A DNA stretch of 3,947 bases from Dictyostelium discoideum (Eukaryota), in contig CH709157.1 of assembly GCA_000004695.1 (NCBI GenBank), forward strand, positions 1 through 3,947, given 5' to 3'. The translations under genes and the position numbers were made by a program. Shown piece after piece: positions 1 through 3,947 of the stretch. The notes under the pieces were generated by a model. That model made no database searches. It saw only the letters and a program-made list of their open reading frames with translations, and was not told where the DNA came from. Position 1 is the stretch's first letter; the number at the start of each line of letters is the position of its first letter.

Positions 1-36
1 TATGATATTATGTATGATATTATGTATGATATTACC
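1..36. repeat. 12-bp tandem repeat tatgatattatg x3, in frame within the pol ORF (encodes NIIH NIIH NII)
   Basis: Direct reading of positions 1-34 gives tatgatattatg / tatgatattatg / tatgatatta. Confidence 0.8.
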
Positions 37-837
37 TCTTATAGAATTGTTAATCTGATCTGGAATATCAGGAAGTTTATCTACTATAACATCTTCGAAA
101 GAATCATTAATGAAATCATGTACTGCTTGTATCTCTTCTTCTTCTGGATTAGTTTTAGCCAGTATATCACAAAGCTGTGAAGGAATGCTTTCAACAAACT
201 TTGTAACTTGTTCTTTGATATCTTTGTCATCATCTAATAGATTGTGTGATTGTGACTGATTATCATTGGATACGGTAACGTGTTTTCTTGGAGCTTTTAC
301 ATTACAATATAATTGATTCGACTGTTGATAATTAATTTTGTATGTACTATTATTCAACTTGATAATTTTATCTTTTTGGTTAATGATAGAGTCCTTAAGG
401 ATATCATTACCGAAAAGTACATCAATGATATCCAACTCTATAATAAAGAAGGTATAAATTTCATTATTAACTTGTATATTGATTTGTTCAACAAACTCTT
501 CTTTGACCTCTAGTAAAGGGAATTTAATCTTGGCTTTAGTTTTGTGAACGTGATTCTTCATCTCATTTGAAATCAACCTCTTATTTATTAAACTAACATT
601 ACTTCCAGTATCGAGAATTAATTTGAATTGTTTTTCTTTGGAATGAGAGTTAATTATAATATTGGGTATATCCATGTTTTCTCTGTTTGGAACGATTAAA
701 CTATTGAGAGTCGGAATGAGAGCAGTATCACTTGTACCAGTACTATGTAATAATGAGATGATTGGTTTATTTGTTTCTTTATCGAATTTAATTGTATAAA
801 GCAATTCATCTTCTTCATCATTAATTAATTTAATTCT
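1..837 (-). CDS. Partial pol ORF of a Ty3/gypsy-type LTR retrotransposon: retropepsin domain plus the beginning of RT; 3' end lies beyond window position 1
   Basis: Hand translation of the minus strand gives 279 codons with no stop, against roughly one stop per 11 codons expected at this AT content. It contains the retropepsin active site NSHSKEKQFKLILDTGSNVSLINKRL and a downstream IDVLFGNDILKD flap-like motif. It then runs …EEEEIQAVHDFINDSFEDVIVDKLPDIPDQINNSIRGNIIHNIIHNII, which resembles the linker and RT entry of gypsy-type elements. There is an internal Met at 673-675 (…RENMDIPN…). The frame opens immediately after a TAA at 838-840. Confidence 0.75.
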
Positions 838-1554
838 TTACCAGAATTTAATCTCTTTGGACGATTGTATATGTTTACAGTATTGTTTTTTATCTTGAAT
901 ATTTGTTAACTCTGTTGGAGTATTGAATTCAATCTTCTGTGGTTTATACTTCATCTATGATTCAACAGCTTTTGGAATTGGAACGGTTGTATCAGGAACT
1001 AGTTTTATGCCATATGAGTCTTTGACGTATTCTTTAAGTTTGTTGATGTTTTTATGAACATCTTATTGCTGGTTTTGTTGATGTAACTGTTTAACAATGT
1101 TTTGATTATAACTGACTACGAAGAATCGGGAGGTCTTATTCTAAAGAACTTGTACTCATACTCTAATTGAACATCAGCAGTACCATGGATGAGATACACC
1201 GGATTAATTACATTGTGGTAACTCATAATGGCTTCGATGTTTTTTATAACATCTTGGGATGAGAAGCAATTACCATGGTTTGGCAGCTTCTTAGTCAGTT
1301 ATGAATAGAACCAAAGTCTTGGATCTAAAGTTACGGTGGATTAGCTTCTTCAATGTTTCACATTCAATTTTATAGTTGTCCTTAACCGATTCATTGTGGG
1401 TTGAAGCAATTGAAATAATTCATTTGATGCAGCACCATTGTCCATATTGGTCTTAAAGGTTGGTTCAACACCATTCTAGGAGCAGTGGATGGTAAATAGA
1501 TTCATGAAGATGACAGCAGTGGCATCGTTTTTTAAAGCATCAATGGTTTTAGCT
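838..1554 (-). pseudogene. Disrupted gag-like region: open stretches of 35-57 codons spread over three frames, separated by in-frame stops
   Basis: In the protease frame, reading upstream from 837: …NKTSRFFVVSYNQNIVKQLHQQNQQ*(1063-1065) DVHKNINKLKEYVKDSYGIKLVPDTTVPIPKAVES*(955-957) MKYKPQKIEFNTPTELTNIQDKKQYCKHIQSSKEIKFW*(838-840). Other frames give AKTIDALKNDATAVIFMNLFTIHCS*NGVEPTFKTNMDNGAASNELFQLLQPTMNRLRTTIKLNVKH* and KLPNHGNCFSSQDVIKNIEAIMSYHNVINPVYLIHGTADVQLEYEYKFFRIRPPDSS*. Individually these runs are only marginally longer than chance in AT-rich DNA. Confidence 0.3.
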
Positions 1555-1557
1555 TCA

Positions 1558-1794
1558 ATGGAATTGGTCTTTGATTTCTTTGAAACTTTCTCTGACTTCG
1601 ACGTCGGATACATCAGTGCTTTCAGTTGAATAAATATCATCATCGCCCTTAGTGGGACAAAAAGTCTTTTTTGATTTTACTTGAACATTAGTACCATCAT
1701 TGGAGGCGGTTGTCACTTCAGCGGCACGTTTGGCGGTGGAAGACACTTTGGCTTTACGGATGGCTTTCTTGGAAGGAGTAGTAGTTGATGACAT
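1558..1794 (-). CDS. 79-aa ORF with a basic Ser/Thr/Ala-rich N-terminus; possible gag N-terminus of the retroelement or a small independent protein
   Basis: ATG at 1792-1794 in the context aaagtcATGtca. Product: MSSTTTPSKKAIRKAKVSSTAKRAAEVTTASNDGTNVQVKSKKTFCPTKGDDDIYSTESTDVSDVEVRESFKEIKDQFH, stop TGA at 1555-1557. It is in the same frame as the protease ORF. An extreme A/T tract lies immediately upstream (1810-1890). Confidence 0.35.
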
Positions 1795-1809
1795 GACTTT
1801 CACCAACAA

Positions 1810-1890
1810 TTAAAAATAAAATTTATTTAATATAATTTAATTTTATAATTTAATTTATATAATTTAATTATATAATTTAATTTAATTTAG
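1810..1890. repeat. Pure A/T low-complexity tract built from ataatttaatt / tataatttaatt-like units
   Basis: No G or C between about 1813 and 1887. The taatttaatt motif recurs at least six times. Confidence 0.7.
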
Positions 1891-1907
1891 TAAGTATTAA
1901 TATATGT

Positions 1908-2093
1908 AACTGCTATTCCACTAATATATTTTTATTGTGGTGTCTTTATATTTTTTAATTGATAATAAATATTATCTTAAATTATTTCAATTATAACAAT
2001 GCATCAAAATAACTGTTATTCCACTAATAATTTATATTGTGGTGTCTTTATTTAACTGTTATTACACTAATAATTTATATTGTGGTGTTTTTG
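1908..2093. repeat. Three copies of a ~43-bp direct repeat (aactgYtattMcactaataWtttatattgtggtgtYttt). Copies 2 and 3 are tandem with a 43-bp period. Each copy holds a short internal hairpin (ccactaata / tattgtgg)
   Basis: Copy 1 at 1908-1949, copy 2 at 2011-2053, copy 3 at 2054-2093. A partial fourth copy, actgttattcctctaat, lies at 2266-2282. Confidence 0.7.
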
Positions 2094-2417
2094 TATTTGA
2101 GCATTATTATTAAATTAATTGATACAATCTTGTTTTATATTACTTTATAAAAGATGCATGTTTTCAATGTGAGTAGGAAGTGTCGTTGTACCGCCTAAGC
2201 AGTACAGCGTTAATTTTGCAAACAGAAAGGCCATTGTAATGCATTTTTATTTTGTTTTAAATACTACTGTTATTCCTCTAATCTGAAGAGTCGACTTCTT
2301 CATCATTAGGTGTCGTTGTATACGAAATATAAGGATTGTATCTAATTATTTGTTTTAATTTATTTGTTTAATGTTAAAATTAAAAAAAAAAGTGTAAATG
2401 TCACTCACACTAATCTT

Positions 2418-2494
2418 CAATCCATTGTCACTATTGTTCAATCTTTAATCGAACTAGTCCAATCTTTAATCGAACTAGTCCAATCTTTAATCAA
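2418..2494. repeat. 21-bp tandem repeat caatctttaatcgaactagtc: two exact copies, one truncated, one degenerate leading copy
   Basis: Degenerate copy caatccattgtcactattgtt at 2418-2438, exact copies at 2439-2459 and 2460-2480, truncated copy caatctttaatcaa at 2481-2494. Confidence 0.75.
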
Positions 2495-2808
2495 ATGTCA
2501 TTATTTAATTAATTCTACATGAAGGATAGAAAGAGTGAAAGGCTAATATCATAAAAGTAAACATACATAAAACAGATAATTAAAAGGTCGCTATGAAACT
2601 AAACCCAAAATCAGAATTTTTATTAATTTTAATATTTTTAAAATTTTAATTTAATTTAATTAAATTTAATAATTTATTTTTCGACTGAAAAAATAAAAAA
2701 ATAAAAAATTAAAAAATAAAAATTAAATGAAATATTTTTACATGGATGCGTGAATTTGTTATGTACTTGAGCTCATACTAACATTAAATTAATTTAGTTT
2801 TGAGTCTC

Positions 2809-3114
2809 TTACATCAGGTGTTTGTACTGACCAATTAAGGTATCGGATAATTGATAATCGGTTGGAACATCGAAATTGTTACTTGATTCATCTTCACTTT
2901 GTTCATTCTCGGTGTCAGAGATATCATGAGAAGGTTGGCTACGTGAATTGGTATTAGATGAGAACATAGGTTCTTTCATGAATCTTGTAAAGACTAGGGA
3001 AAGGTTGTTGATTTGATCCTCCATTGACTTCATTCTTAAATCAAAGGATTCAGCGCTATTATAGGCAGAGGTACTACTACTAGAGGCATCATTATTATTA
3101 ACAGTGGTAGACAT
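2809..3114 (-). CDS. Hypothetical 101-aa Ser/Asn-rich acidic protein
   Basis: ATG at 3112-3114 in the context taaaatATGtct, with an in-frame TAA two codons upstream, so the start is bounded. Product: MSTTVNNNDASSSSTSAYNSAESFDLRMKSMEDQINNLSLVFTRFMKEPMFSSNTNSRSQPSHDISDTENEQSEDESSNNFDVPTDYQLSDTLIGQYKHLM, stop TAA at 2809-2811. Base composition is distinctly less AT-rich than both flanks. No homologue was recognised. Confidence 0.45.
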   Translation of the reverse strand: MSTTVNNNDASSSSTSAYNSAESFDLRMKSMEDQINNLSLVFTRFMKEPMFSSNTNSRSQPSHDISDTENEQSEDESSNNFDVPTDYQLSDTLIGQYKHLM

Positions 3115-3235
3115 ATTTTATTGTTGATATCTAAAATTATAATATGAGAAAAATAATAATATTAAAAATTAATAAAGAGAAATAATTATTTGTATAAAAT
3201 TTGTGTGTGTGTGTATCTTAAATATATATAGGAGG
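3115..3235 (-). promoter_or_regulatory. Putative promoter region of the 2809-3114 ORF: A/T-rich leader, TATA-like atatatata (3222-3230), (TG)6 (3202-3214)
   Basis: The TATA-like run lies about 110 bp upstream of the ATG on the coding strand. The composition is typical of amoeba 5' flanks. No transcript evidence. Confidence 0.3.
3202..3214. repeat. (TG)6 dinucleotide repeat
   Basis: tgtgtgtgtgtgt read directly. Confidence 0.85.
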
Positions 3236-3333
3236 AATTCCCAAATAAAATAAATCAAATTGTTTTAGTTTTTAGTGCCACTATTTATACGTTTTTATTT
3301 TCTTAAAAATTTCGCAAAATCAAAAAAATAAGA

Positions 3334-3437
3334 GTTTTCGACCCTTCACAACTTTGTGCATAGTGTCGGTTCGGAATTTTTCAGTTTTTCGACCTTGCGC
3401 AATGATCGCGTCATTGTGCCGGTTCGAAATTTTTTAC
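3334..3437. repeat. Two degenerate ~50-bp tandem units, each ending in a B-box-like ggttcgRaatttt motif; a third, more degenerate ttcgaaaatttttt unit follows
   Basis: Unit A at 3334-3383: gttttcgacccttcacaactttgtgcatagtgtcggttcggaatttttca. Unit B at 3384-3437: gtttttcgaccttgcgcaatgatcgcgtcattgtgccggttcgaaattttttac. Identity is roughly 70-75%. Unit B contains a small hairpin caatga-tcgcg-tcattg (3399-3416). Confidence 0.55.
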
Positions 3438-3464
3438 TTTTCTTTCGAAAATTTTTTATTCTTC

Positions 3465-3482
3465 GAATGTTCTAGAACATTC
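3465..3482. promoter_or_regulatory. Canonical heat-shock element: four contiguous perfect alternating nGAAn/nTTCn pentamers inside a perfect 18-bp palindrome
   Basis: cGAAt gTTCt aGAAc aTTCt, i.e. gaatgttctagaacattc, which is self-complementary about the central ctag. The overlapping ttcgaatgttctag matches the classical CTnGAAnnTTCnAG consensus at 12 of 14 positions. A weaker fifth pentamer follows (taaaaa). Confidence 0.7.
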
Positions 3483-3536
3483 TAAAAAATTATCTTAAAT
3501 ATTTGGGAAATTCAAATAAATAAATGTTATTCATAA

Positions 3537-3551
3537 TATATATATATATAT
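3537..3551. repeat. (TA)7.5 microsatellite marking the 3' truncation point of the RT fragment
   Basis: tatatatatatatat read directly. On the minus strand it translates as …YHIYIYI…, i.e. non-RT sequence straight after the RPVLDL motif. Confidence 0.85.
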
Positions 3552-3558
3552 GATAATA

Positions 3559-3933
3559 TAAATCGAGAACTGGACGATGTAGATTCGTTCCAGGTTTTGG
3601 AACCGTAAACACGTTGGAGTAAAAAACGCGCTTTGAATAACGGTTTGGAAGTACTTGTTCGATGGCATCGTCTAATAACAAGTCTTGTACTTCCTTTGTG
3701 ATGCAATCTGATTTCGGACCCTCTGGAATTGAAATCGGAATTGGGTTTAGCATCGGCTTGAAGTTTGGAAGCAGATGGACTTTTAATCCATTTACGACCT
3801 CTTGACAAAAGTTTGGAAGACCCAATTCTTTCCAAACTTGTTTGTGGTGGAACAGACGTCCACCTACTGGTAAGTTTACTTCTTGTTCTTCTGAAAACGG
3901 TTGTTGGTACCGTTGGCAGACTTGGTATTGTTG
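3559..3933 (-). pseudogene. Truncated reverse-transcriptase N-terminal fragment of a second retroelement (DIRS-like or retrovirus-like RT; DIRS-1 if the host is Dictyostelium)
   Basis: Minus-strand frame, TAG at 3934-3936 then open: QQYQVCQRYQQPFSEEQEVNLPVGGRLFHHKQVWKELGLPNFCQEVVNGLKVHLLPNFKPMLNPIPISIPEGPKSDCITKEVQDLLLDDAIEQVLPNRYSKRVFYSNVFTVPKPGTNLHRPVLDL. The GGRLxxFxxxW…G…P segment followed by F-VPK-(K/P)-G…RPV-DL is the conserved entry to RT domain 1. Compare retroviral VKKPGTNDYRPVQDLR and DIRS-type F.VPK..G..RPV.nL, both recalled from memory. Homology stops at the (TA)n run. The track ORFs 3490..3825 and 3527..3835 are this frame and an overlapping spurious frame. Confidence 0.6.
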
Positions 3934-3947
3934 CTACCCCTGATGCA

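Larger units (their letters stand above)
1..1809 (-). mobile_element. LTR-retrotransposon fragment (gag-like region plus PRO-pol), possibly Skipper/DGLT-A-like if the host is Dictyostelium; LTR boundaries not identified
   Basis: An intact protease-RT frame (1-837) follows a gag-like region (838-1794) in the same orientation. That region shows coding-like stretches in three different frames separated by stops and frameshifts. No TG..CA LTR termini or primer-binding site could be recognised by eye. Confidence 0.5.

Noticed and set aside
313-513. Plus-strand 66-aa ORF (MIRLLIINFVCTIIQLDNFIFL…)
   Set aside because: It lies entirely antisense to the intact protease frame. It is Ile/Leu/Asn/Phe-rich as expected from translating AT-rich antisense DNA, and carries no motif. 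It is almost certainly a shadow ORF.
838-1554. Idea that the many stops in the gag-like region reflect RIP-like C-to-T mutation or a ciliate genetic code (TAA/TAG = Gln)
   Set aside because: Every stop codon is one transition away from a Gln, Trp or Arg codon, so the pattern is uninformative. The adjacent 279-codon pol frame uses only CAA/CAG for Gln and contains no TAA/TAG, which rules out a ciliate code. Frameshifts also disrupt the region, so stop-to-Gln reassignment would not restore one frame.
1810-1930. Search for a primer-binding site and TG…CA LTR terminus just upstream of the gag-like ORF
   Set aside because: Only pure A/T repeats and the 43-bp repeat family are present. No …CCA/TG junction or tRNA-complementary 10-12-mer could be recognised by eye. 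The LTR boundaries are therefore left unannotated rather than guessed.
2770-2800. Plus-strand TACTAAC followed by ttag, which looks like a budding-yeast branch point and 3' splice site
   Set aside because: There is no upstream GTATGT donor and no plus-strand coding sequence. The extreme A/T intergenic composition argues against a Saccharomycotina genome, so this is a chance match in AT-rich DNA.
3361-3432. Possible tRNA gene, suggested by two ggttcgRaa T-loop/B-box-like motifs
   Set aside because: No acceptor stem, no A-box (TRGCNNAGTGG) at the right spacing and no anticodon arm could be folded. The two motifs are 50 bp apart within a tandem duplication rather than inside one cloverleaf.
3527-3835. 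Minus-strand 102-aa ORF (MERIGSSKLLSRGRKWIKSPSASKLQ…)
   Set aside because: It is an alternative frame overlapping the RT-homologous frame over the same nucleotides. It has no motifs, whereas the other frame has the GGRL…VPKPGTNLHRPVLDL RT signature. Both track ORFs also begin at TTG, not ATG.

Overview
This window is very AT-rich eukaryotic DNA with almost pure A/T intergenic tracts. Codon usage and flank style look like a social-amoeba (Dictyostelium-type) genome, but that is an inference and nothing was searched. Everything that looks coding is on the minus strand. (1) Positions 1-837 form an unbroken 279-codon frame. It encodes a retroviral-type aspartic protease (…KQFKLILDTGSNVSLINKRL… then …IDVLFGNDILKD…) running into the start of a Ty3/gypsy-style RT, and it continues past the window start. 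It is preceded in frame by a single TAA, and the gag-like sequence upstream of that (838-1554) is frameshifted and stop-riddled. A short intact basic ORF sits at 1558-1794. (2) An AT-rich spacer (1810-2808) carries several repeat families and one GC-richer island. (3) A bounded 101-aa Ser/Asn-rich acidic ORF lies at 2809-3114 with a TATA/(TG)6 promoter-like flank. (4) A textbook heat-shock element (3465-3482) sits next to degenerate ~50-bp tandem units. (5) A second, unrelated retroelement fragment lies at 3559-3933: a DIRS/retrovirus-like RT N-terminus that breaks off at a (TA)n run. The most likely reading is a retrotransposon-nested region in which two retroelement families, both on the minus strand, flank a small gene. 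The heat-shock element may be the heat-shock promoter known from DIRS-1 terminal repeats. No CRISPR, rRNA or convincing tRNA is present.
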